Assembly (NCBI GenBank): GCA_043228905.1
Contig: JBHGNT010000007.1
Span: 6,510,001 to 6,574,000 of the forward strand
DNA from: Azolla caroliniana
Lineage: Eukaryota > Plantae > Polypodiophyta
Direction of reading: 5' to 3'
DNA length: 64,000 bases
The notes beneath the pieces were generated by a model. The model was given only the letters and a program-made list of their open reading frames with translations. It was not told where the DNA came from and ran no database searches. Numbering within the stretch: position 1 is the first letter of the stretch; each line of letters opens with the position of its first letter. The translations under genes were made by a program, and so were the position numbers. Positions 48,455-62,100 of this stretch are shown piece by piece.

Positions 48455-48800
48455 AAAAGAAGAAGAATCGCAAAAGGCAATAAAAAGGGCGACCCAAAAA
48501 AACCACACACACACACACACACACATAATAAACACATAATAAACACACACGTGCCAGAGATGATGATGATGATGATCTCATCTCTTCTTCGTCTTCTTCT
48601 TCTTCTTCTTCTTCTTCAAGCCATCGACACAGACACAGACTGTAGACACAGACACAGTCGACGCCATCAGTTCATGGCTTCCTCTCCTTCGTGACATCTC
48701 CCGTTTCCTCTTGCTTTTTTCATGCCACCGCGCCGACAGATTTTATTTCCTTCGTCAAAGCTCCCGTTTCTCTCTCTCTCTCTCTCTCTCTCCCCCCCCC
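48170..48800. repeat. Microsatellite cluster: (AAT)n, (ATC)n, (GAAA)n, (CA)n, (CTT)n, (CT)n; probable promoter/5' UTR region
   Basis: Directly visible simple repeats upstream of the gene. Confidence 0.85.
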
Positions 48801-48854
48801 AGATTCTACTTCTTTTGGCCTCCCCAGGAATCTGGAAAGAATCCGACACATCGT

Positions 48855-49890
48855 GGAAGAATGTCTGAAGCATCTCCATAGCTGACTCAGGCTTCTCCTG
48901 TGCGGGTTAGCTTCCCACGCTCACACAAAATCTCCTCCAGATTCTACTGCTTTTTGATGGAAATACATAAATAAATAAATAAATAAACAAATAAATAAAT
49001 AAACAAATAACGAAGCATTCCGACGAGCAGAGTAGAATGATCTCGCAGTAATTAAGTATGAAATGCGATCAATAACAAAACCAAAAGAATCGACATATCT
49101 GGAGTGCCGAGACCTTAATTCGTTTCCAGAACTGTGCTGCCTTTCTTTTTAGGAAGGCTAAAAGAATTCGGCGAGTAAAAGATTCAAATGTTGGTAAGAT
49201 GGATAGATGACACCAGCCAAACGAATTGACAGAAGAATCTTCATAGCTGAAGTGTCTCCTGTTTCAGTAAAGAAAGGTGAAAGAGCAATTTTGCAGTAAC
49301 AAGTGTACTAAATGAAGGCTCTCTCTCAGAAGAATCACCATTGCTGAAGTGTCTCCTGTATAGTTTTCCTTTTTCTTGGTCGTGATAGTTTCTTCCGTTT
49401 TCTTCTGCTTTTCCTTGAAAGAAGGTGAAGGAGTTCAACTCAGAAGAGAATGGTTCCACAGTAATAAATATACTGATGCAAAGTAGATGGATATATGATA
49501 GTCAAAGATAGCTTTCTCGGATGAAGTACCGTTGCTGAAGTGTCTCCTGTGCAGATTAGCGTTCCTCGCTCATAATTTCTTCCAGACTCTACTTCTTTTT
49601 GTTAAAAAAGAAGCTGCTTGACACAGAAGAGAACTTCGTCTTCATATTCAGTATCCAAAGAGACATATAGATGATACAATCGAGCTCCTCTCGAAAGAAT
49701 CACCATAGCTGAAGTCTCTCATGTACAGGTTGCCTTTCAAGCTCATAATATCTTCCAGATCCTACTGATTTTGTCAGCACAGGAGAGAATGTATTCATTT
49801 ATTAAGTATAGAAAGAGACAGGTGACACAATAAAAAAAACTGTCAGAATAAGAATCTCCATGGCTGAAGGTTCTCCTGTGCAGGTTACTG
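48855..49890 (+). repeat. About 6-7 diverged tandem units (up to ~170-190 bp) with core GAATCWCCATAGCTGAAGTGTCTCCTGTGCAG
   Basis: The core recurs near 48870, 49235, 49332, 49525, 49697 and 49852. Confidence 0.75.
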
Positions 49891-49922
49891 TTTCAAGATC
49901 GCACTCTTGGAATAATGCAAAT

Positions 49923-50138
49923 ATGTCTAGTAGTGTGGCGATTCACCATGTTTTGGAGATTCTATTGCCATCTGGTGGGGAAATCCAAGTCTCAGTGGCT
50001 GCGGCTGTGTTGGTTGTGGTCTTTTATTGCTTTCTTCATCACCTGAATAGTGGTGGATCTGTCTCCAATCCTTCCGTTTCAGACGTAGATCCTTCACATC
50101 CTACTGCTACAGCTACTGTAGCAAATCCATTGGATGGG
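49923..50138 (+). CDS. BAGP1: BAGP1 coding exon 1 (N-terminal TM segment)
   Basis: [25 protein letters not shown]; GTAAGG donor. Confidence 0.8.
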
Positions 50139-53100
50139 GTAAGGCTATGTTTTTTTCCTACTTCAATGTCTTGTAGATTTGTGGAGTTTTGATTGGCTTG
50201 TACCATGGTTTTCATTCTTTGATTTAGCTGCCTGTAGTGGGAAAGAGTGAGTGGCAGAGCTCCTTCGTTTACTTCATAAAGGTAATGTACGTGCTATTCT
50301 TAGCAAGAAATATCTATCTATATATATGTATATACATGTCTGTCTGTATGTATGTATGTACACACATGTTGCATGTGTCTTAAACTATGGCCTGATAAGC
50401 TGAATGATGCACCCGTTTCACTTTCTTGACTTCTTGTTTAATCCAAATACATCACTAGCTCAAATTCTTATATATATAAACATCACAGTTCTCTTGCTGA
50501 GAGCAGGATTGGTTCACATAGCTCCCAGCTCTTACTGGGTAGCCAAGGGAAGCACCTTCAGCGCTAGGTGATCATTGGCCTTATTTATTGATGACAAAGT
50601 TGGCAAGGCTGTGGTCTAGATGGTTGTCTATGTACACGACACTTTTCCATGGCCTAATATCTTGATTGAGATCTGACTTGTGTAGCTCTTAATTGACTTG
50701 TAGCATGTGTGATGGAGCTAAAGAAAGCATTGATTGTTCTTTGTTGATGAGCTATGGTGGTTGTATTGCTGTCCATCACAATAACTTTTTTCTATGTCTC
50801 CCTTTGAGTCCTAGGAAGAATAGTCATAAACACTGTTGTTCTTTGTATTCCATTACCATGCATAGTGGGCCAAAGCCCTCAGGGTAGCAAGGGGGGGTCT
50901 GCTTGGAAATGTCATAGTGAACTTTTGCATATTCATGCCAACCCTGAGGCGAGGTCAGTTTCTATGGTATGTTGCCTCTTATTAAACATTTTTCATACTC
51001 TTTTACTTTCATGTCCAAGAAATGACCTATGTTCTGTGCGAATATGACATTAGATGAAACCAGTTTCTTGTTTGTCCTAGAAGATGAGGTTAGATCAAAC
51101 CTATGCTCTCAGGTTCTTCTAACGTCCTACAAAACGGAAATCAAGTCAACAAAGCTGCAATTAATAACCTCAGTTCAGCCTTTTCTTTTCGTATTTGGTT
51201 TGCCTTTTGGCCATGAGGGCGATCCAATCCCCAGTAGCAGGATTCCTGAAAGGTCGTAGTGACCGATAAAGACTGACCCATACTATGGAATATTACGATT
51301 CACCATAAAGGATCCAAGGTCAGCTCTGCCTAATGGCCACTAGCTGTGTATGTTCATTATGTGCATGGCACAAACTAATACAAGCAAAAGAAGTGAGCAA
51401 TTGAAACCAAATCATTAAAGTACATATTGAAGGTTTTTGTATTTGAAAGAGAATATTTACATAATAATTATTGTTGAAGATTAATGTGTATCAAGTCCAT
51501 CTTGTTACTTTTACCTACTCAAGTTTTTTGAATCAAAACGTAAGAATCATATTTACTTTCTGCATTCATTTTGAATAATAGATTAGCGATAGTTAAAATT
51601 TAATTCCTATGTTTTAGCATACTGATGTTTTTTGATATCTTTCACGATTTTTCATGTGTCATCAGCTAGAGCTTCTAGCAGCAAGGAATTTGATTGGTGC
51701 CAATTTAAATGGCACATCTGATCCCTATGCTGTTATAACTTGTGGTTCACAAAAACGTTTCAGGTAATATTTGGAATATTTTTCTTCATGTTTGAAAGTA
51801 GCACATGTATGGAATATAGTTTCTTAAATAAAATTTCTTTCTAGAATAAAGTAAGATCCATTGTGATTGGATGATGCATTTATATGTTCAGTTCCTTTAG
51901 TGCAACAGTTGGTGACAAAATGATCTCCAGTTTCTGACCAAATTGCAACTGTTTTCTACCACCTGCTAACTTAAGATTGAAGTTAATCAGTTATTCACCC
52001 ATGGCCTAGGTTGCATAGAAGTTTTGTTATGAAAAAGCAGGAAGGATCATTAAAGTATTGGAGATCCCAAACATTAAGCTAGGAAGTGGCAACTGTAGAT
52101 TGATTTTCCACAACACTTTGTTATTTTTCAACACTCGATAGTGTACCATGCTTGTGCTTCTTATTTTGTGTCAACAAAAATATCCTTTCCTGGCGCAATG
52201 GGCGAACTTGGGTATGGATTCTGATATTTATTGTTTTCTTGATTGCCTTGTATCATCCATGATGCAGGTGTGATCTCACGTATCCCACTCTTAGATTGGC
52301 TGTATGTCTTCTTCTTCCACTCATCAATCTTCTATCATCTCTATGCATCTTTTGCGTAAGAGTAGCCACTGTATTATGTCTAAGAAGACAATATTCTGCA
52401 TCCACACTACTTTTCCACATAAGCAAGGAGATCATCAAGAATTGATGTCTAACAATATCATGTATTCCCTCTTTACTATCCTCCATTCTTGCAGCAGAAT
52501 CCTTTTAAAAAAATTTCCATCTTGCTTCCAGTAAATATGAAAATATTTTACCAAGCAAAATATATTCTATAACCAAGACATGTGATCATATAATCGATAT
52601 AAAATGACACAAAATATTGGTGTTAATTTAACTTACAGGTGTAGTCTATGATTTTAAGTTCGCATTTCTTGATGCATAGCATTGCACAATCAATTAATTT
52701 AAATTTAGAATTTCATCTTTTCGGAGGATGTATGAAGGGAGGGAAGAGTTTAGTGAACTCAAATTAGATAAGAAAGAAAGGTAGAAAGATATACTAATGT
52801 ATTTTAAGATGCCAAAATGGCCTATAAGACCAAGCAAGAGATTACATCTTAAAATTTTCTGTTGTCTTTGATAACAACAAACCAAAATAAATATAACTAA
52901 ATTAAAAAGAAGAAAAAGTGACTGAAGAATCTTGTTATCTATGCATGTAAGATTCTTCAGTCATATAGGTTGTAATTTTTTTCTTTGAAAGATCTGTATC
53001 GTAGGTCGATCCAGAATGGACAGATCTCTGAAGCGATAGAAGCACCTGCAATGGTGGGTGATAATGCGCTTTATCAATTAATGACAAGGGTGGTGAATCA

Positions 53101-56100
53101 TGGTACACGAGATCGGGGCCAAGATATATTAATGGATTTTAGGAGGCCAAAATGGCCTATGTGACCAAACAAGATATCACATCTTACAATGCTGTGTCAT
53201 TTTTGAGAACAGAAAACCAAAATAAATAAATAAACTGAACATGAAGTACCAAAGACTCTTGTTAGCTGACCACTTAAGATTCAAAACTTAGGCTAAAACT
53301 TCTGCTATCTTTAGGTTTCTAGGATGGGCTGAACCAATATGGAGAGATCTCTGAAGCGAGGGAGCATCTTTGGTGCTGGATGAAGAATGACCTTAATTTG
53401 TCGATGACAGGGATGATGGCGCTGTGATCCAAATTTTTGTGGTGTATTTGCACGACACATTGCAATTGCCTGATCTATTGTAACCATTTTTTAGTGTCCT
53501 GGTCAAGATCCCACTTGTAGCATGAGGAGTTATGGAGCTAAAGAAAGTCCTGCTGGTTCTTTCTTTAGTGTTCTTCTGATTCCATTCCCTGATACCACAA
53601 TTGGGAGGTTTATTCTTCCATAGATTTCTGTTTGTATTTCCCTACACGATTTTTAAATGATGTGAAGAGGTTCTGAGCTTGCCTATGACATTGTATTACG
53701 TGTGATGTAGTGTGTTTCCATATAAGGCCCGATGATAAATCCATCCTGTGACATATGTAAAATGAGCGTCTTATAATGAGCTATCTTCCTGCCATGAGGT
53801 GTTGTGGGGCTGATCCATGTTCATTCATTATCCAATTAATGGTACAAGGTTGGATCACGCTATTCCTTTCCAGGTCGGTCAAGCGTGGACAATACCATTG
53901 TATAGTGTTTTTGCAAATCTTTTGGATACCAGTCATTCATTGGAATATGGCCTTGTTCATAATTGGGACCACTCCCATTGCTGCCTGGATTATATCGTGA
54001 GCACCAATGCATTGCTACTTATCATGCGGGCTATCATTGATACTAAAGGTTTCTCCAAATCTGTCCAGTTATGTGCCTATGAAGGCTCAGTCCTCAAATT
54101 TCCACTCCAAGAGAAAACTGGGGGTTACAAGTGTAACGAAAAACCACAATTGAGTTTGTACTTGGAACAGTATATGTGCACATTGAAGGCTCTATATCCA
54201 CAAAATGATCAAGCACAGGCAGCCTCCTAAAGGGTGAAGTGAGGTCCTGTGCAGGTTACTTCAAGATATGTAGGATTTTTTGTATGTCACCTTTTCCTCT
54301 CCCAAGATAAATTCCAGTTTTGATCTCATTCTCCATGTTTGATTGGTGTTAAACACCATCACTTGGTTTGATCAAGGTTGGTTGAAAAATCTATTGTCTA
54401 TACAAAAATGACTTTAAATCATTTAGATGTCTTTGTGGTCTCTCTGGAGAGTCAGAGATCAGCACAATGTCATTGGCATATGGTAATATTGATATGGCTA
54501 CTCCTGTATAGCATGTCCCTGAACCACCCAATCTCACTATGTAATTATATATCCTAGTTGCATATCTATTATCTACTAGAACTCAAAGGGATTCTAGTTT
54601 ATGCATGGGCTGAGCTCACCATGGTATAATTTCAAGGACTTTCTGGAAATCTATGAACCTTTCATGATCTCTTCCCGAAGGGCTTGAAAACCTGCCTGTC
54701 TGGCTGAACAACAGTGTTTTCTTTGTGTTCACTACACTCAATTCTGGCTGTAGGATTTAAGCATATGATCAAGCAAAGTAATGGCCAATCTTGATAGTCC
54801 TATAATTGATTGTTATCATGGGATATCTGTTCTTGAAGTTTGGTACTATGGTTTGCTCTGTTTAGCTAGTAGAGGAGCCTTCACGCATAGCTCTGTTAAA
54901 GATGTCTGGAAGAAGCAGGACAATGGTGTCACAAGCTAGCATAAAATTCTTGTTTGATATGATCTAGCATAAAATATATTGGGCATATCAACAGCAGTAA
55001 GCAGCTGAGTTCATTGCATGAACTCAATTGGAAGATTCATTTTTGACCATTGGTTATAATTTGCAAAGCCATGTGATGAAACGGTCAACCATCAAGAGAG
55101 CGTATTATCACAATGCATTTTGAAACGTTTTGACATGGTTTTGAGAGGATGAAGGCTATCAAATTCATCTTCAACGGCTGCAGACAATTGTTTGCACAAT
55201 TGTGTTTATTTTCTGTTCATATAAAGTATTGTGATTTTGGTGGTATGTATTCTCTGGTTCAAGATGGCAGGTTGAATTTCTTTTTTTGAAAACTTCATTG
55301 AGTTTCTCACTTATCTCTTCCTTATGAATTCCATTATTCTGTGTAAAGTTCTTTGGTTCAAGGATCACGGAATCCTATGTGGGGTGAAGAGTTCGACTTC
55401 TTTATTGAAGAACTTCCAACCCAGGTAAGTAAACTGTTTCAAATATGGTCTACTCTGATATTCTGCAGTGCACTGGAAAATATCAATTGCTGCTTTTAAA
55501 GCATAGATAAAATTTCCGTATATATCATCCTCTCCATAATATCTGTAATAATTTTCACTGCTAATCTGGTTCAATTTTTTCTAGATAACATTAGCAATTT
55601 ATGACTGGGATATTATACGGAGTAGCACAATACTTGGGTCATTAAAACTTGAAGTAAAGGAAGAAGGACAAACAAATGAGGTTTGGCATCCCTTAGATAG
55701 TACATCTGGTCAGGTATTGACATTGGAACATGGATACTAAAATTGTGGATTTAATTTTTTATGTAGTGTTGATGGCATATTCTTGTCAATTTTAGGTTTG
55801 CTTGCGGACAAATACAGTAAAATACCCTGCCAGTCTTTCCATGTAAGATACCTTAACTTGCTCTTTTATAGCTTTCTTTATAAACAGGGGAAAATGTCTG
55901 TTTGCAAAGATCAATATTCAACCAGGAGATTCCGCTTGATTTTAATAACCTGAAACCAATTGGATACTGATTGAGTATAATTGCATTATAACATATGAGG
56001 TTCTTGTGACACCCATAATATTAATAGTTGGAGGAAATATTTTCTAAGAGAATTATGAACTAATCAATTTTGGAACATGTTGGCAACGTTGCAACTGAAA

Positions 56101-59100
56101 TTCTCGTTGTGATATATTGATCTCAAAGTATGTCTATGTTTTCCCAATGTGATTATGTGAAGATGACATGTAGAAATGTTTCTCTGGCTCTAGGAGAATT
56201 CTGATGCGAGAGGGGACTTATAATGTAGTATGCAATGCCATCATAAAGTTCCTCATGCACCCGAGTTGGACTTTTTTATCAATCTAATTGAATAACCTAT
56301 GGAAAGTTACTTTGTCAGAATCATATTTTTGTTGTATTTCAATATATCAATCTGCGTGTGTGATCTAGTAAATATCCGTTGAGCAAAATCACAATCCAAA
56401 ATATAATGTTTTCTGTGGCTTCTAAGTTATGCCATAGAACTGGTACAAGTGGTGAACCTTTTTTTGCTTGCACTAAGCAAACTGTCAATGGCCAAGGGTG
56501 TATATAATTTTTATTGTTCACGAAGAGGCCAAATTTGACCTATGGGACCAAATCAACATATAATCTTGTATGTGACTCCTTCCTTAGAAGGGGTATTACT
56601 ACTTCTTTGTAAAAACTTTCTATGCGAAAATAATGCATGCATGCATGTGCTCATCCTTCTTGGTGGACATTGGAGTATGGCATTTAATTATTGTGCCTGT
56701 CTATAAGTCATCATTATCGTGAATTTCCTTAGTGAGCATGTAAGAATTAAGTGATATTCATCCTTTGCTAGGTTTGCATTGCATACCTTGCATATAGTTT
56801 CATACTTGGGCGATGATGCCGTGATGTCACCTCAACACCTAGCTTGTGTGAGTGAGTTTAAGCAAGTGTTAAGGCTCTTCGAGCCAAGGCTCATGGTGGT
56901 ACGAAGATACAGTTTGATACATTCTGGCATTTTTACCTTGTATTGTGCCAACATTGAGGGTTAGCATTTCAAATGTAATATTCCAGTTTTGACATTTTAG
57001 CATCTTGTCACTTCATCCTTAATGCCTGTAATAATCTATCCTTGATGATCATATGCTTTATAGCATCAGCTGAGAGCTCCAATAGATTTTTTACTCCCCA
57101 TATTTTCAACCATTTGATAATGTCAAGCCCAGCCAGATGAGGGGATTTCATTCCATGCACTAAGTGAGATAGTTAGTGCCAACCTACAGTGCACACTGCC
57201 ACTCCATATAGCAACATTTGGACCACCATAGTATTGAAGATGAGAAAGGTGATAATCCATGGGTTGTGATTGTTACATAATACATATCCGTGAGCATGAA
57301 TAATTAAAGCTTCTCCGGAATATAGAGTCTAACTCTATTTATGTGACAGTAGTCGAGAATCGTGAAATTTATTGTGATTGACATCATGAGCTATGTCAGA
57401 AAGAAAGAAAGAAATATTAACGTCTTTTAAGAGGCCAAAATGGTCTATAAAAGACCAAACAAGAGATTACATCTTAAGTGTTGTCTCATCTTTGAGAACA
57501 ACAAATCAAAATAAATAAATATTACTAAGTAAAAATAAAAGTAAATAAAATAAAAAGAGACTAAAGAATCTTGTTATCGGCACATTTAAGATTCTCAAGT
57601 TAGATATATTGTAATTTTTGTCTTTGAAGATCTCTAGCAAAGGTTGATCCAGAATGGAGAGGTCTCCAAAGTGAGGGAAGCACTTGCAATGGCGGGAGAT
57701 AATGGCCTTAATCTGTTGATGAAAAGGGTGGTGAGATCGTGGTCCATGGGGCTGGGGCCTACGTGCACAAAAAATTGCTATTGCCCAATTTGTTGTAACC
57801 CCTTTGTTATGTCTTGGTTGGGAGCCCATTTGTGTATCCCTTGATTGACTTGTTGCGGACACAATTGACCAATTCTTTCTTCTAGAAGTATTCGTGCATA
57901 TCTGCCTACCTCAATCTCTAACTGATGCGATGAAGTTCACAGCTGCCCAATCACACTACGCAGCGCATAGGATAAATGTATGTCCATATAAGGTGGCCTG
58001 ACAATGAATCCATCCTCCGATGTGTGTAAAAAGTGTCTTGTTGTGGGCCATCTTCGTACCTAGTGATATTTTGGAGGTGATCCTTATGTTGTTTTCCAAG
58101 TTAATAATATCAGTTCACTCTATTCTTTTCCACTTTGGTCATGTTTAGAAAGAAAGAAAAGAAAGAAAAATATATTAACGTCTTTTAAGAGCCCAAAATG
58201 GCCTATAAGACCAAATAAGGGATTACATCTTAAGTGTTGTCTCGTCTTTGAGAACAAATCAAAATAAAATATATATTACACAATAAATATAAACGTAAAT
58301 AAGATGAAAAGAAAAGAAACGAGGGAATCTGGTTTTTGGCACATGTGAGATCTCAAGTTAGGTATATTGTAGCTTTTGTCTTCCAAAGATCTCTAGTGTA
58401 GGTCGATCCAGAATGGAAATGTCTCTGAAGTGAGGGAAGCACCTACGATGGCGGGAGATAATGGCTTTTATTTGTCGAGGGTGTCGAGGTTGTGGTCCAT
58501 GGGGCCGGGGCCTACGTGCACGGCAAATTGCTATTGCCCGATCAATTGTAACCCCTTTATTATGTCCTGGTCTGTAACCCATTTGTGTATCCCGTGATTG
58601 ACTTGTAGCATTAGGAGTGATGGGGCTAAAGAAAGTTGTGATTGTCCTTTGTGGATGAGCTTGTGTGGTTGTACTCTTCAACAACATTTCCCAATGTCTC
58701 TTGAGCTCTAGCTGTGGGCCATCTTTGTACCAAGTGGTATTTTGGGGCTGATCCATGTTATCTTGTTTTCCAAGTTAATAATATCAGTTCGGATCACTCT
58801 GTTCTTTTCCACTTCGGTCATATTTAGATGGGGACAGTCCAAGCTATATTGGAAGGGGGGTAGTGCATTTATACTCATGCCATGTAACTCGAACCATTGC
58901 TGCATTTCACCATACCAACAATGAGTGTCTCCATTTTCAGCCAGTTGTCTTGATGACATAAGTGCCAACCTTGGGTACCTTCGTTTAGGGAGCTCCCACA
59001 GACATTGGATAAATGTCACTGATCGGGACAATGCCTCGGTTATTATAGATGTTGCTCCCATCTCTGCCCGGATTATATCATGGGGCACCGATGCTTTGCT

Positions 59101-62100
59101 CCTTATCATGCGAGCAATCATTGACACTAAAGGTCTCTCTAAATCTTTCCAATGATTTGCCTTGTTAAGACTCGGTCCCCATGTTTCTACTCCATAGAGA
59201 AGAGTTGGTGTCACAAGTGTATCAAATAACCATAGCTTAGTCCATGGCTCTTGGAACTGCAAATGTGCACATTGTCTCTCAAGCGCACCAAGGGTTGCAT
59301 ATCCACGAGAAAATTGGGCACAAGCAGCTTTCTGTAAAGAGAAAGAAAGAAAGATATATTAACCTCTTTTAATGATTATATATACGCTTGATGGTTTCCT
59401 TTTTGGTACGCATATTCATGATTGTTAGGTACTTTGGCATTTTATGATAGGTCTGCATTGTTACCATGTCTTCTACTCTTTTTTGTTTCAAAATGTTAAA
59501 AATAAAATATCAAAATTTATTGTTTCTCCAGCAAAGACTAACTTAACAGCGGGGATTGAAATATGGTTCTACCAAATTTCCAATTTCACACCAACTTATG
59601 TCTTCTTGAGGGTTACTGTTGTCGTGATGTCAGTCTGTATCTAACGTATGTGATTGCAGTCTGTCCATTTTGGTTTAATAACTGCAGAAATTTGAATGGA
59701 TTTGCTGGAGCTATTGCGCGCCGAAGATTGTCTATTGATAAACCAGTGGCAACTGAGGTGCGAACAAAACCAGGGGCATTGCAGACTATATTTAATCTAC
59801 CACCCGATGAGGTTCACAGAAATGACCATATAAACCATTGTTTTATGGCATCTATGACGTGTGAATGTCAATAGTTATTAAATGTGTTGTACTTTTTCCA
59901 GATTATAGAGAGCTATTCCTGTGCTATGGAGAGGTCATTTTTGTATCAAGGCCGTATGTATGTCTCTGCATCGAATATTTGCTTCCACTCAAATGTTTTT
60001 GCCAAACAATTGAAGGTAGTGCTGCAAACCTCTTTTCTTTTTCTGAAGATGCTTTTAAGCAAAGAACAAAATGAACATTTAAAAGATTCTACAAGATTAA
60101 GGTCCGAAGGGCAGATAATGTAGGTTTTTATCTCAGAAGGGGCCACAATAGATTGGGAAATAGCAATGTGTCATGGGCAAAGGCTAGGACAATCCGAACC
60201 ATGGCCCTGCCAACCTTGCCATCGACAAAGGAAGGCCATTATCACCCAAAATCAAAGCTGTTTCCATTGTTTTGGAGTTATCTCCATATTGGAGCAGCCG
60301 CCCATGCTGGAGATTTAAAGAGGGCAGAACTTTCAGTCTATCTAACTTCTGAATCTTAAGTGCTTAGCTAACCAGATTCTTTGTATGCTATGTTCTGGTT
60401 TTTTCTCAAAAGTGAGACAACATTTTAAAGATTTAATCACTTGTCTTATTTTATAGCCCATTTTGGCCTCTTAAAAGATGTTATATCTTTGAACTCAAGA
60501 GATATTGAAAGAATTCATTGAAAGACAAGAATACAACCACCATATCCCATCAATAAACATTTCTTTCTTTAGCTCCAGTACTGATCTAAAAGTCAACCAA
60601 GAACAACACAAAGGGGGTCTTGACTAGGACACTCAAAATTAGATAATGAAAGAACATGGATCAGTCACGCAATATTTCTCGGTAGAAAGATGGGTCACTA
60701 TTCACTATAAGGCTCTCTTTTAACAATCTGTTCGTCTTTCTGATTGATATCATATTTATAAAGCTACCAGGAGCTGAATTTTCATCCAGGAATAAACAAC
60801 CTTCTCTCAGCACCGATGTCATCCCAAAATATCGTAACAAGGTTCATCTTTACTGGAAATATTCTCCTTACAGGCTTTGTAGTGTACATCATGATCGTCA
60901 CGTCACTTCCATTCACTAAACCTATGCTACCTATGGTGGCCACTGCATCCCAACAGTTTTCTGTGCTGTATAATCATCCTTCAGAATTATGATAACCTCA
61001 TTTGTTGTTGTACCTTCATTTTGCTTTTTTTGCATTATCCTTCCCTTTTTTAACAGAAACATTCTCTTTTACCACAGTTCCTTGTCCTGCCTTTTTTTAC
61101 AACTCTGTTCTCCTGCCCTTATTTTTGGAATCCTCTGGCTCTCCCTGCCCTATGCAAACAAGTCTCAAGTCTACCAATGCCTGTATTTTTAATGCAACAA
61201 TTTTTCTTTGGAATGAGGTGTGTCCAGTATCAATGAAATACAGATCGCTTTCTGTTGCTTCAGTAAGATATTTTTGTGGATAAAAGATGGTAATAAACAT
61301 CTGACCCAATGGAATTACTAGTATCATTCGTAGGTAAATGAAATAGTACTTTCGAGAAGCAAAGGTTGTGAACATCGGTACTGTACCTTAAGTTGGGAAT
61401 TGAATTGCCCGCATCTATATTCTTAATAAGAGAATGGCTGGTGAACTGGTGGAATCTAAGGATGGTACAGTAGGAATTGCTCCTGACGTTGGGTGTGTAC
61501 AGATGGGTGATGGTTTAACTAGACCAGAGAGAAGTTTCATGAAGGCAAAGGGAAAATATTCCCAACACCAGCCATGAAAGAATAAATGTCTTTCTCGAGT
61601 CTATATTTTTGTTCCTTAATGGGGTTAATAAATCTTTGCTTTGACCTAACACTGATGTGTTTTGTATGGTCTTGGTAAGGTGGTGCTTCCATTTGAAGAT
61701 GTCGAAGAGGTAAAGTGCACAGAAAAAAATATTTTAAATTTTATTTTTTAAGATTTTGCTTGAATAATTACATTTTGAGTTAGGAATCGAAAACTTCATT
61801 TACAGATTAAAAGAAGTCAACATGCATTTATAAATCCAGCCATTACAATTATTTTGAGGTCAGGATCCGGTGGGCATGGCGTGCCTCCGCTTGCAAGTCC
61901 AGATGGTAAGTTCGTCTTATGCTTGACAAAGTTGATGTCAGCCTTACATCTGAATTCAGTGTTGATTTGTGTCTCATGGAATAGAGAATGAACAGTAAAA
62001 GACATACTGTGAAATTGCTACGTTTAAAATCCAAATCTACATATGATATATGCACATACATGCATTCAGCCAGATGCAAAATGAGCATCGATCAATCATA

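Noticed and set aside
60500-61260. Possibly coding-derived intronic segment
   Set aside because: The translations I tried gave no recognisable family.
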